A stretch of 64,000 nt of DNA from Octopus vulgaris (Eukaryota): positions 16,120,001 to 16,184,000 of the forward strand of contig OX597821.1 of assembly GCA_951406725.2 (NCBI GenBank). The letters run 5' to 3'. Under the pieces are notes generated by a model. It worked only from the letters and a program-made list of their open reading frames with translations. It was not told where the DNA came from and searched no databases. Within the stretch, counting starts at the first letter, position 1, and the number at the start of each line of letters is the position of its first letter. This document shows, in pieces, positions 11,868 through 24,730 of the stretch. Made by a program: the position numbers and the translations under genes.

Positions 11868-14149
11868 TGTGAACTCTGCACGGAAAATATAGGCATAAGA
11901 GGGAAAAGAATTTCTTCAACATTATAATGTTGACAAAATGTCTATGTGTCTAATGTTGCGTGTATAATTCATAGCTCTGAAGGTAGAAAGCGAATGTAGA
12001 AAAAAATACTAAAATAAAATATTCACTCCTGAGTTTGTGAGTGAATATGAGATGATGGAGACATGTCTGTTTATTTTCAACAAGATAAATAGGTTAAATA
12101 TTTATATCGCTACCTTAATGGTTATATTATTAATAACGGAAAAGATAAAACAGTCCCATTTCATATTTATCTTTCCTTCTTTTCTACATTTTCATAATTC
12201 GTACATATATGCAAACATACTTATATAATCATTAGGTTCTCAGACACATTTACCGATGTTGCTATGTGTGTAAGCAATCAAAAGTGGTATGCAATCAAAT
12301 ATTGGTGTCTGATAAATTTAATATGAGATACTTCTAAAGTTAATAGAGTTATGCAAGTTGTTTATGTAAATATCCGTTCGTATTATTGGCAAAGTTAAAT
12401 ATTTTACAGATATATGTTTATGAATGTACATTTCAACAGAATCCCTGTAAAATTCCTTCTATTTCGTTCTCACACTTCTTTCATATATGCGTCTATTATT
12501 GCTCATGCTATTGCAATGAGTCAACAGAATCGTCCGGAGTCGATAAAAAAAAGTACAAGTTGAGAACCAGTGTCGATAGAATCGGCTAAATCACCCAAAA
12601 AGCTTTCAGGCCTTGCGAATCTAGTGAAAAGTATTATTACACTTACTCACTCGTGCATAAGATAAAAGAAAGAAGGGATCTCCGTCAACTTCGACGTTTA
12701 GTAATTGAATTACACGAAAAAATGAATTAACTACTCAATCAATTAGCATGTGATTTCACAAGTATTTCGCAGACAAACATGCATTTAAAACAGTCCTCCA
12801 ATAGAATATTAATAATGTTCAGAAAATATATTAAATATTCAGTTTCTTATTTTTAACATCAAAAGTAGTTAATGAACCAAGGATCTCGGGTAAAAATTCA
12901 TTTTAAAAGTAATTACAGTTGCTGGAATTTTATTTCCAATTTGTACTGAAATTTATTTCTAAGAAATAAAAAAAAGGCATGATTTTGATCTCGTATCACG
13001 CATAAATGAGAAAACTGTTTTCCTAAATAAAAATGCCCTATGTTTCCAGGTGACTTAGTATTACACACGAAAATAATTAATCCACAATGCATACATACAT
13101 ACATACATACATACATACATACATACACGAAACATATGGAATTCTATATATGCTGACATATATTCGCAAGTATATACATGCATTCATTCTCCTGCGGAAT
13201 CATTTGTACAAGCACGCAAGTATTGCCTCAAATAAACTTTCATATATATATATATACATACATACATACATACATACCTACATACATACATACACATGTG
13301 TGTATGTGTGTATGGCTATGATATAACAAAATAAATAAATCATGTATTACGTTGTAGATTTACTCTTTAACGTGAATTATAATTGCAATATGCGGCTTTC
13401 ATTAACTCAGGGTTCCTCCCCGCTCCACGAACATGCTGAGTTGTGCGACAGAGGTAATGATACTCACTCACCGGTAAGCGGTATCATTGTTTGAGGTTTA
13501 TTGAGGTGATGTTATCGATAATTTTCTAACATACATGAAACTGGTTTCCTTATAAATATGATGAGTAGTTCTGTTAAAATCACAACACCAGTAATTGTTT
13601 CAGCATTTATAAATTAACAATGATTTTGCATTTTAGGTATCTAACATGTGAGACTAAATGGAGATTAAGGCTTCCCTTTTGTGTACCATACGTAGTCTGA
13701 TAGAGCTGTTGTCTTTATTTCGGTTGCGTCCTATTATTTCAGAAAGTACGTTATTCTAATTGTTCACTTTAATTTGGGAGTCGGTTTTGCATAAATCATC
13801 GGATTTTAAATGCCTACTTTGACAATTGTTTCTGTCTGCTGTGACACGAAGCTTAACAGAAATTTTGAACACTTATTCCCGGGCGATATTTTCCGGGTAG
13901 GCATATACGAAATATATTTCCAGTGTTTCTTGGTCTTAATAGGAATTTGGAGCACTTACTAACTCCTATAATGCTCGCAGATATTTATCACGCTGTTGTA
14001 TTGATTAACCTCAACTACTTTGTCGACGGCCGTTTGGAATATGTGCGTCATATCGACAAATAACCATGAATCTGATTTAAAAAGTTATTGGAAAATTTTA
14101 GTTTACTTTATGCTTCCTCAATGTTCTACAATGGTAGTAATATACATAA

Positions 14150-14171
14150 ATATGTGTATGTTTGTATGTAA

Positions 14172-14218
<47 letters not shown>

Positions 14219-14476
14219 AATATGTACGTATATATATGTATATATATAAATATATATGTATATATACATATGCATGCATGTATATAAGTATGTATATACG
14301 TATGTATATATGTATGTATATGCATATATAAGTATATATAAGTACGTATAATGTATATGCATATAGATGTATGTATATATAACTATGTATATATATATAT
14401 ATATGTTTGTATATGGGTATGTATGCATATTTGCGTACGTATATATGTATGCATGTATATGCATGTATATATATAT
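14150..14476. repeat. Degenerate (TA)n/(TATG)n microsatellite
   Basis: Directly visible; source of the spurious YIYI ORFs. Confidence 0.95.
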
Positions 14477-14897
14477 AGGCGCAGGAGTGGCTGTGTGGTA
14501 AGTAGCTTGCTAACCAACCACATGGTTCCGGGTTCAGTCCCACTGCGTGGCATCTTGGGCAAGTGTCTTCTGCTATAACCCCGGGCCGACCAATGCCTTG
14601 TGAGTGGATTGGTAGACGGAAACTGAAAGAAGCCTCTCGTATATATGTATATATACATAAGTGTGTGTGTGTGTGTGTGTATGTGTTTGTGTGTCTGTGT
14701 TTGTCCCCCTAGCATTGCTTGACAACCGATGCTGGTGTGTTTACGTCCTCGTCACTTAGCGGTTCGGCAAAAGAGACCGATAGAATAAGTACTGGGCTTA
14801 CAAAAGAATAAGTCCCGGAGTTACTCGATTAAAGGCGGTGCTCCAGCATGGCCGCAGTCAAATGACTGAAAGAAGTAAAAGAGTAAAAGAGAAAGAG
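14477..14897 (+). mobile_element. tRNA-derived SINE family B (CORE-like), full length
   Basis: A-box TGGCTGTGTGG, B-box GGTTCAGTCCC, CORE-like GGCATCTTGGGCAAGTGTCTT, internal (TG)n, 3' tail GGCGGTGCTCCAGCATGGCCGCAGTCAAATGACTGAAA followed by (GAGTAAAA)n. Confidence 0.9.
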
Positions 14898-15449
14898 TAT
14901 GTCGGTATATATATATATATGTGTGTGTGTATATATGTATGTATTTGTGTATATATGCACATATATGTATATCTAGATATGGATATATATATATATATAT
15001 AAATTCATTGTATCCTGTCGATATTTATGTCCATCTGTACAATTGTATACACGCTTACATGTGAAACGAACTTAAATTCTCAGTGCATGTGTGTGTCCGA
15101 ATATGTTTATGATGGCTTGCGTTTGCATGTATTCACAATATATCCTAATGGCCATGTACAAATTAATTAGAAAATCTAGACACTGTATTGTTGTGCTGAT
15201 ACTATCAATAAATAATTTCCTAAAATTTCGTATTAATTTATAACGTCATGAACAAAACTATTTTCAGATTATTAGATGCACACATTTTTGGGTGCAAATA
15301 GATATGAATAATTCCTAAGCTAGCCGGGTACAGCTTGTTGCTTGTAATATCGGTTGTATTGATTATATATCTGACCTGTCCAATTAGACTCCATCGGTTG
15401 ATAGCAGGAAATATCCTTTATTTCACATACATGTCTGGAATACAAGAAC

Positions 15450-15504
<55 letters not shown>

Positions 15505-16098
15505 TATATGCATATACAAATATACAAATACATACATATACACTAATATACTTACACAAATCCACACACACGCTCACACACACACGTATTGATATCATCT
15601 GCGTAATAACCGCATAATGTGGCACTCAAAGTTGGTATCCCGCTGGGCCAATAAATTAGCCTCCCGTTCTTCGAAGAATAACCCTTACAGATAGAGATAA
15701 GGAATCCTTTTACATTATATATTAGCAACATTATTATCTTATAGTCTTAATCTATCGTGATGAAAGGCAAGACATATTTGCGCTAAAGGCAAGACCGAAT
15801 ATGAGGTTAGTTAATATACATTCGATACTTTTCAGATTTTTTTTCTTTCTATTTATTATTTTTGGTCAATTTATTCCATAATTTACATTTTTGATTTTTA
15901 TTTCTATGAATTTATCTGATCTGTGTTGAGAATTCTGTGAATTTCAATGTCCATGCTGCTCTTTATCAAAGAAATGCTAAAAGCAGAATACGGGTATGAA
16001 ACTGTGGGAAAATATAGGTGACCCACCAGTGCTCTCAATGTCATTTACCTGCTATATATATATATATGATATATAGATATAAGTGAATCATTTCATAC

Positions 16099-16163
<65 letters not shown>

Positions 16164-16181
16164 GGTGAATAATTTTATGAA

Positions 16182-16571
16182 TGGCTGTGTGGTAAGTAGC
16201 TTGCTAACCAACCACATGGTTCCGGGTTCAGTCCCACTGCGTGGCATCTTGGGCAAGTGTCTTCTGCTATAGCTCCGGGCCGACCAATGCCTTGTGAGTG
16301 GATTTGGTAGACGGAAACTGAAAGAAGCCTGTCGTATATATGTATATGTATATATATATATGTGTGTGTGTTTGTGTGTCTGTGTTTGTCCCCCTAGCAT
16401 TGCTTGACAACCGATGCTGGTATGTTTACGTCCCCGTTACTTAGCGGTTCGGCAAAAGAGACCGATAGAATAAGTACTGGGCTTACAAAGAATAAGTCCG
16501 TGGGTCGATTTGCTCGACTAAAGGTGGTGCTCCAGCATGGCCGCAGTCAAATAACTGAAACAAGTAAAGAG
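16182..16571 (+). mobile_element. SINE family B, near full length
   Basis: Closely similar to 14477-14897. Confidence 0.9.
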
Positions 16572-17171
16572 TATATATATATGTACACACCCACACACGC
16601 ACACACGCATATACCTCTGTTTGTGTAAATACATTTTTATTTTCGTGATTGCTTGCGGATATGACTGGTCTTTTGGATTTACCTATTCAATAATGTATAT
16701 ATGCATGTGTGTATGAATACGTCTTGTCATTTACCTATTCGTTAATAGTTATATAAATATATGCCTGTTTATGTATGTGTATGTCCTGTAGCTTGTGGAG
16801 GGTGAATAACAAATATATTCATAAGCCAACTTAAAAATGTATTCCCAATGCGATATAGTCGTCTTAGAAATCCGCTTAAAAGGCGTTTAAATATCATTTA
16901 AGTTTCATTAATATTTCAAGATGAAGTGTTTTGCACAGTTTCTTACAAAACTTCCAGGAAAATCAATTTTTGAAGAGATTTGGCAAAAATTCATTCGGTA
17001 AAAATCAGTTGGTCTCTGCGTTAGTAGAAAAATTTTTAGACAAGAATCCGCAGTAGTAGGTTCAACCATAAAACCCGTGCGCAAGTAATGTATGTCTGTG
17101 TATTTTTATGTATGTGCTTATGCATGTATATGTCTGCTGATGATGTGTATGTTGCTATATGAAGGGAAAAA

Positions 17172-17568
17172 CGCGGAGAGTTGGCAGAAACGTTTGCACG
17201 CTGAGCGAAATGCTAAGCGGTATTTCGTCTGTCGTTACGTTCTGAGTTCAAATTCCGCCGAGGTCGACTTTGCCTTTCATCCATTCGGGGTCGATTAAAT
17301 AAGTACCAGTTACGCACTGGGTCGATGTAATCGACTTAATACCTATGTCTGTCCTTGTTTGTCCGCTCTGTGTTTAGCCCCTTGTGGGTAATAAAGAAAT
17401 AGGTATTTCGTCTGTCTTTACGTTCTGAGTTCAAATTCCGCTGAGGTCGACTTCGCCTTTTATCCTTTCGGGGTCGATAAATTAAGTACCAGTTGCGTAC
17501 TGGGGTTGATCTAATCGACTGGCCCCCTCCCCAAAAAATTTCGGGCCTTGTGCCTAGAGTAGAAAGAG
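17172..17568 (+). mobile_element. SINE family A, dimeric copy with TSD
   Basis: Two modules, flanked by TATATGAA(G/A)GGAAA at ~17156 and ~17571. Confidence 0.9.
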
Positions 17569-18384
17569 ATATATGAAAGGAAATTCCTTTTTGGTTGGGT
17601 GTCATTGAAGATATTTCTTCTTATATATGTTTTCACAAATCAATCCTGGCAGACAAGTAACGTTTATGCATTTAAATCCTTAAGAATTTTACATTCGTTG
17701 AAAGACAAACCAAAGGCATAGTTTATCTGAATTGAAATATGATAGACACATCCTTTGGTTTGACAATATATCCATGAATTTTTCTGTATGTATTAGTTAC
17801 TTAATTTCAGTCTTCAATGACCACCTCATTCCATTGCAGTTTCGCCACACACATACCCAAGTCATCAACGTATTCTATATGAGTACCGATTTGATAGATT
17901 AACAAACTGTTTAATTTAGTTTCCCGAAATATCTTTAGATACCCTTTTGTTCTTCAAAGACACAGTAAGGAGAAATATCAAATAGAACTTAGTTATAAAT
18001 TTCTTGTGATATTCAATTAGAAAAAAGAGTAGTCATAACAATTATATTGCAGCACTGGTTACATTGCCTGGCTTAATTGCACATTACCTGGTTAATCAAT
18101 GTAATTATTTTACATTTAATTGCTTTTGACTATATATTTTAAGCAATTTTCCTTTGAATCAATTTCTGTACATCTCACCATACGTAATGCGATCTTCATC
18201 TGATTCTTGAACGCTAAGTAGGGCAATATTTATATACATAGCTCTTTCAAACATTAAAAGTTAAATGAAATAATAAGACGCCTACGAATTAGTTGTCAAG
18301 TACTGCTGACTTGTGATGGTGTTGTAAATTTTAAATGGAGCTCTTCAGGTATGTGTGTGTGTGTGCGTGCGTTTTAAACGTTTC

Positions 18385-19286
18385 TTATTTCTTTACTGCC
18401 CACAAGGTGCTAAACACAGAGGGGACAAACAAGGACAGACAAAGGGATGAAGTTGATTACATCGACCCCAGTGCGTAACTGGTACTTAAATTATCGACTC
18501 TGAAAGGATGAAAGGCAAAGTCGACCTCGGCGGAATTTGAACTCAGAATGTAGTGGCAGACGAAATACGGCTACGCATTTCGCCCGGCGTGCTAACATTT
18601 CTGCCAGCTCGCCGCCCTAATTGATTTATCGACCGTGAAAGGATGAAAGGCAAAGTCGACCTCGGCGGAATTTGAACTCATAATGTAGTGGCAGACGAAA
18701 TACGGCTACGCATTTCGCCCGGCGTGCTAACATTTCTGCCAGCTCACCGCCCTAATTGATTTATCGACCGTGAAAGGATGAAAGGCAAAGTCGACCTCGG
18801 CGGAATTTGAACTCAGAATGTAGTGGCAGACGAAATACGGCTACGCATTTCGCCCGGCGTGCTAACATTTCTGCCAGCTCGCCGCCCTAATTGATTTATC
18901 GACCGTGAAAGGATGAAAGGCAAAGTCGACCTCGGCGGAATTTGAACTCAGAATGTAGTGGCAGACGAAATACGGCTACGCATTTCGCCCGGCGTGCTAA
19001 CATTTCTGCCAGCTCGCCGCCCTAATTGATTTATCGACCGTGAAAGGATGAAAGGCAAAGTCGACCTCGGCGGAATTTGAACTCAGAATGTAGTAGCAGA
19101 CGAAATACGGCTACGCATTTCGCCCGGCGTGCTAACATTTCTGCCAGCTCACCGCCCTAATTGATTTATCGACCGTGAAAGGATGAAAGGCAAAGTCGAC
19201 CTCGGCGGAATTTGAACTCAGAATGTAGTGGCAGACGAAATACGGCTATGCATTTCGCCCGGCGTGCTAACGTTTCTGCCACCCTA
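18385..19286 (-). mobile_element. SINE family A whose 5' head is amplified into a tandem array
   Basis: Body and tail at 18385-18490, then head units. Flanking repeat TTAAAC(G/T)TTTCTT near 18373 and 19287. Confidence 0.9.
18490..19286 (-). repeat. Tandem array of 6 x 135 bp SINE heads
   Basis: GAC(CG/TC)TGAAAGG recurs at 18496, 18631, 18766, 18901, 19036 and 19171 (exact 135 bp period); units are nearly identical. Confidence 0.95.
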
Positions 19287-19409
19287 ATTAAACTTTTCTT
19301 TTGATTTCAATCGAATCTTTATCAACATAAACTTATACTAAATTCACACTAAGTTTAAATTAGTGGAACATGAAAGATTTATTTTATACATTGATAAGAC
19401 TTCAATTAC

Positions 19410-19625
19410 TAAACTGTGCACTGCATCGGAGCACTGCATCCTTCAAAACTTCCATGCTTCCTGAGATTCGCCAACACTACACTTGATTTTCTTCCCTCCA
19501 TACACACACAAGAATGTATCTGACTCATATATTGTTCGCTTTCCAGACATTTCTACATTACTGCATGTACTTTATATGCACTTTCTGACAAGTTGTGGTG
19601 CACCTGAGCACTGTATACAATAATT

Positions 19626-19683
<58 letters not shown>
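19410..19683 (+). mobile_element. L2-like LINE 3' end with (ATT)n tail
   Basis: CCTTCAAAACT (FK motif), then 3' TGTGGTGCACCTGAGCACTGTATACAATAA followed by (ATT)n, typical of L2-clade tails. Confidence 0.5.
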
Positions 19684-19686
<3 letters not shown>

Positions 19687-19775
19687 AACAATATGGAGAA
19701 ATCTATACGAAATTAACGTTCGCGCATCGTAATGGTATCATTTCTAGTGAAATCAGTGTTTAAGTGCTGCATAGA

Positions 19776-20182
19776 CTATATATTTATATATAAAAGTGAA
19801 GTTGTGTGTCTGTCTCCTACGATTTAGATTCCTAACTACTCCTACATTTTGCGGTGCAGTTTAAACAAAAGCGGGTATCTTATAGTCGTGATTCATATCG
19901 AGCCCTTCTGGGTATTAGCGCGCGTCTACGTTGAGTTTACGATTTGAAAAAAAATTACCATCATTTTTTCCCATTTTTAAGGCATTTTTTCGCTATTATG
20001 TAAGGGAAGTAACTCTCTAGAAATGTCGACGATGAGTCAACAATTTTTAAAAAAAATTACCATCATTTTTTTTTCCATTTTTAATGCATTTTTTTTTTGC
20101 TATTTTTTGGCTATAACTCTCTAAAAATGCTTATATAGTTATTTCCCTTACAAACCCGAGCAACGCCGGGCGATACTGCTAG
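19776..20182 (+). mobile_element. Non-autonomous Helitron
   Basis: 5' CTATATA...TATAAAA start; 3' GC-rich hairpin CCCGAGCAACGCCGGG shortly before a terminal CTAG followed by T. A second copy lies at 49665-50177. Confidence 0.8.
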
Positions 20183-20274
20183 TATAGAATACGAAAGGAA
20201 ACATAAGAGATTGTTCATAAAATATTTAGTTCAACCATCTTACATAAGTTTCTGTAAAATAAGGTGGTTATTGG

Positions 20275-20368
20275 TTTCTTTTGCCAAACTGCTAAGTTAC
20301 GGAGATGTAAACACACCCGCTTCGGTCGTCAAGCGATGCTAGGGGTACAAAAACAGAGACACAGACAT

Positions 20369-20385
<17 letters not shown>
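20275..20385 (-). mobile_element. SINE family B internal fragment
   Basis: TTTTGCCAAACTGCTAAGTTACGGAGATGTAAACAC...GTCAAGCGATGCTAGGGG. Confidence 0.75.
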
Positions 20386-20403
<18 letters not shown>

Positions 20404-20405
<2 letters not shown>

Positions 20406-20799
20406 CTCTTTTGTTTCAGTCATTTGACTGCGGCCTTACTGGAGCACCGCCTTTAGTCGAGCAAATCGACCGCAGGACTTATTCTTTGTAAGCCTAGTAT
20501 TTATTTTATCGGGCTCTTTTGCCGAACCGCTAAGTTACGGAGATGTAAATACAACAGCATCGGTTGAAAAGCAATGTTGGGGTGGGACAAACACAGACAC
20601 ACAAACATATATATACACACACAGATATTTATACATATATACACCGGGCTTCTTTGAGTTTACGATTACAAATCCACTCACAAAGATTTATTCGGCACCA
20701 GGCTATAGTAGAAGACACCTATCCAAGGTGCCACACAGTGGGACTGAACCCGGAACCATGTGGTTGGTAAGCAAACTACTTACCAACCACTCCTACGCC
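20404..20799 (-). mobile_element. SINE family B, full length
   Basis: Reverse complement of 14477-14897, from TTTCAGTCATTTGACTGCGGCC to CCACTCCTACGCC. Confidence 0.9.
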
Positions 20800-21665
20800 A
20801 ATCAGAATGAAGGATTTGCATTCTCTACCCAGAATCCCAAGTTCAGCAGTGTTATTTTCCAGATGACTTGGAATGTATCCTGTTGTTCTAAACATAGACA
20901 TGAAGCTAAAAGTGTATCTAGGGTACAGGGTTTGCAAACTCCTTATCAGTGGTGCACAGATGTTTTCTTTATGCTGTGTGTATTTATGTATGTATGAATA
21001 CATAAAATCTCAAAATATCTATGTAGAAAGAAATAGTGATATAGCCTGGAACCAAATAATCAAGGTGAAGACAATTTGTTCAAATTATGCAAAGAAGAAA
21101 TATTGAAAATGTGCTAATGAAAGTCTACATGTGAGAACAAGATTGCATTATATTATTTGCTTTAACAAATAATTTATATTATCTATATTAGAAGAAATGG
21201 CAATAAAGTTATATGCACATTTAAAAAAAAAACTAATAATTCTTCTAGGCAAAAAGTTCCAGAGACGTAAATTAAATTAGTTTCCGATACGAAACATAAA
21301 TACAATACTAGAAACCAATTTGAAGACTTTCTACTAGGAAAATTCAAAAAAATCAATAGCGGTGCTCAAAGGGCTAAATGTGATAAATAAAGAATAGTAA
21401 ATCAGAATACGTCATCCATCAAAGAATTATCATATATAGATAGCTACACACGCTATGCACATCCGATACAGATGTACATAGGCGCAGTCAGATATGTATA
21501 TAAAATGTGTGTGCGTATGTAAGTCTGTAAATGTGTTTGGTTGGTTTGACAGTATAATAGGAAATAATTTTGCATTAAACTAAAGGATTACTTCATAACT
21601 TTGGAAGACGTCGAAGGATCGTCCAGTGATAATGTGTTAGCTGAGCGAAACTTCAAAACACTCGA

Positions 21666-21701
<36 letters not shown>

Positions 21702-22173
21702 GGGAGAATTCGCAAAAATGTTTTAAATATTGAAACAATACATATTTATCCTAAATTTTAGAAGTGATACAAATAGTGTTAAGGATCACCGAGGTTGGTG
21801 AATCAGAAAGAAACATCATTTCTGACTCGTCACCAGACTTTGGTGCCCGGGAGTGTTTCAGAATATTCTGAGTGGGCATTAATTTGAAATAAGGTAATCG
21901 TGGAGTTTCGAAAATTTGTGGGTGCACCAGTGAATAGTAAATGCTTCCAGTGCAGCCTCTTAAAAATGGGCATGCTCTGAAAATTAACGCTAAGTATTGA
22001 ACGAAAATTATAATGGTGTCTAGGTATTGTAATGCTATATAATTATTAGCTAATGATCTTATGCATTGTGACACGAGAGAATATGCTTACATACATACCT
22101 GTGTACTTGCATGTTAGAAATATTTCCCGTAAACAAATTCCAAAGATGCGCCCACACACACACACACACACAT

Positions 22174-22204
<31 letters not shown>

Positions 22205-22426
22205 GGGTGCAGTGATTTAATTGTCGTCTAAATTACGCATAAAGGAAAATAAGACTCACCACTCATTTTAAAAGATATATTTGCCAAAATTACATAAACG
22301 TGTGTTGAAATACTAAAGATTAAATTTATTCCATAAAGTCACCATTGACTTCAACCACGTCGTCCAGACGCCTTTGGAATCTCCTGCCATTCTTCTGGAC
22401 AGTCTTCTTGCTTACTTTGGTGAATG
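22205..22426 (-). mobile_element. Tc1/mariner transposon 3' fragment (transposase C-terminus and terminal region)
   Basis: The minus strand translates to FTKVSKKTVQKNGRRFQRRLDDVVEVNGDFME*, the characteristic Tc1/mariner C-terminus (..RL..V....G.FxE*). It ends against (TA)n. Confidence 0.75.
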
Positions 22427-22429
22427 TGT

Positions 22430-23200
22430 TGCGACATATTCGGAGAGGGATCAATTCGCTGATCTTCGGGCCGGGAACAATGGATAACTTCCAGAAAGCC
22501 CTGGCCTGACAGTGCTATCGGGGAGCGTTGACGGTTCGAGATAAGCCCTACAGGCATGTACGTGCTGTCAGACTGGTTGGTCGAGATGCATGCGGAGCGA
22601 GGAACCCATGCTCGCCTACAGTGTCTGCGCATTGCTAACTTGTGGCACTTTGTCGAGCATGTAGGACGGATCTCGCTATCGTCCAAGTCAACTGTGAAGA
22701 TCCCCTCGCCTCCTTCCTTTGGCTGGGAAGGGAGGGCAACTTTTCTCTGCCTGGTGGCTATGGCAAAAAAGGTTGTGTGGTGTACGCGATTGAAACGGTT
22801 GAAGATGGATACATTCCCGTTTGGCCGCGGGCTCATTGACTTTTTCAGGTTCCAGCAGAAAAGGAAAGTGAGGCTGGTGAGGGAGGTACTGTCATCCAGT
22901 AAGTTCGTTGAAAAGTGATTGGATGTGGCAAGAATGGCCCTGTGTTCCTGTAGGCCGGATGGAGGGGAGAAAAGATGGTGCCTTCCTAAAGAGGTGTTGG
23001 TGTTAAGGGGTTCAAAGAGCATGAGGTCACTTAGGTAATCTTAGGGTGGAACTACCCACTATTGGGGAAGCATATTGTTGGTTTAATCTCTTTGTTAATC
23101 GTTATCTTTGTTAGATGTTTACACGTTTAACTTCACTGTCACTCGTCTCTGTGTGGTCCTCTTTACTTTGTGTTCTGCCCTTGTTGCCAATAAAGAAAGA
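22430..23200 (+). mobile_element. Tx1/L1-clade LINE 3' fragment (ORF2 C-terminal zinc-finger region and 3' UTR), pseudogenised
   Basis: MDNFQKALA*QCYRGALTVRDK...HARLQCLRIANLWHFVE...LVAMAKKVVWCTR resembles the zf-RVT/CCHC end of L1/Tx1 ORF2. GC-richer than its flanks; AATAAA near 23189. Confidence 0.7.
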
Positions 23201-23330
23201 ATTCTTCTTATTATAACTATTATGGATAGATAGATAGTTTCAAATAATGTACGTGTTTCGTTTATATACCAATTTGCTGCGGAATGCCATGTGTGTGAGT
23301 GTGTGTATGTATGTATATACATCTATGTAT

Positions 23331-23371
<41 letters not shown>

Positions 23372-23379
23372 TGTGTGTA

Positions 23380-23428
<49 letters not shown>

Positions 23429-24261
23429 GTATGTATGTACATTTGTTTGTATGTAGTTACCTGTGACTGTAAATTATTACTCTGGTATGTTTAGGTTTTC
23501 ATGATTTTATGTCTGCTATAACAATTCCAATTTTATAGCTGGGGAGGTCATCTCTTCTACAACACATTAGGGGCAACTTTGTATATTGATCACTGTAATG
23601 GTCTTTTTTGTTACGAACTTTTTGAATGCAGTCATTATCGAATGATCAATATGTTCTTTTCTTTCTGCATTGTTATTTCATTATTATTATTATTATCATT
23701 ATTGTTGGTGTTGTTATCATTATCACTACTGCTACTAATACTAATAATTTGTTTGGTATTATATGTTGTTTTCTTATCGCGAGACCTCTTCTAGCGCTAC
23801 CATAGTAGCTACTGTTTAGTGTCCATACCATAAATTAATATAGATCAAAATGAATGAGAAAATAAAAAATAAAAAAAGCGAAAATGAAAAATACATCCAT
23901 GATTAAAAATAGTTCAATCTTTCGAAGAACTAAAGAAGGAATTATCTCTCTCACAACTAATTTCCCTTTATCATAATTTTCCTGTTATAGACCGAAATGC
24001 AAAGAACAACAAATTGGAGAACAGGAACTGTTGATAACATCATCACAGTAGTTAATTGGTATTTTAATTTTCTTTGACCACGGAAGCATAAAAAGCAAAG
24101 CTAACCTCGGTGAGATTTGAACACTAACTGCAGCAAATTAAGCAAATTATATTTTTCAAAGAACTGACGATTCTCTAGCTCATTAGATTAATAACAATAA
24201 TCGTGTCATCTTTATTGACCAGAAGGGAAAAAGAAAGAACATGGAAATTTACATAGAACTG

Positions 24262-24415
24262 TTTATTTCTTTGTTGCCGACATGGGAGCTAAACATGGTA
24301 GGGGACAAACAAGAACAGACGAAGGGATTAAGTCGATTGCATCGACTCCAGTGCGTAACAGGTACTTATTTAATCGACTCCGAAAGGATGAAAGGCAAAG
24401 TCAACCTCGGTGATT
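24262..24415 (-). mobile_element. SINE family A, truncated
   Basis: GGACAAACAAGAACAGAC...GAAAGGATGAAAGGCAAAGTCAACCTCGG. Confidence 0.85.
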
Positions 24416-24579
24416 TTATCTACATGGATTTATCACTCCAGCCACAGCAGGAGATATATTAGGTCATGAAATGTGAAAGCCGGACTAAATTATTTTATGC
24501 GCAACTCCATTGTCTCCCGAGACAAAAAGGATGCCAACAACAATAGTCATTGTTTCAATATTCAGATTGGTGTAAGATA

Positions 24580-24730
24580 TGGGCACTACGGGTTACCTCT
24601 AACGGTGGGTGGGACCTCCATGTCCCATTGGTTAGCTACTGCCCACCTCAGGCAAGGCAGCCCCCGGTTAATAAGGTGCTGACTCGCCACTGGCCGCCTG
24701 CTTCATTGGGAGCTTAGAGCTAAGAGTTTG
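24580..24730 (-). mobile_element. GC-rich repeat fragment, possibly an RTE-LINE 5' UTR
   Basis: Minus-strand GCTCCCAATGAAGC...CTGCCTTGCCTGAGGTGGGCAG resembles RTE 5' regions, from memory only. Confidence 0.3.

Noticed and set aside
18490-19286. Regular repeat array as CRISPR
   Set aside because: Units are contiguous, near-identical SINE heads with no unique spacers, no cas genes and a eukaryotic context.
22351-23022. 223-aa minus-strand ORF
   Set aside because: Antisense shadow of the plus-strand Tx1/L1 relic.
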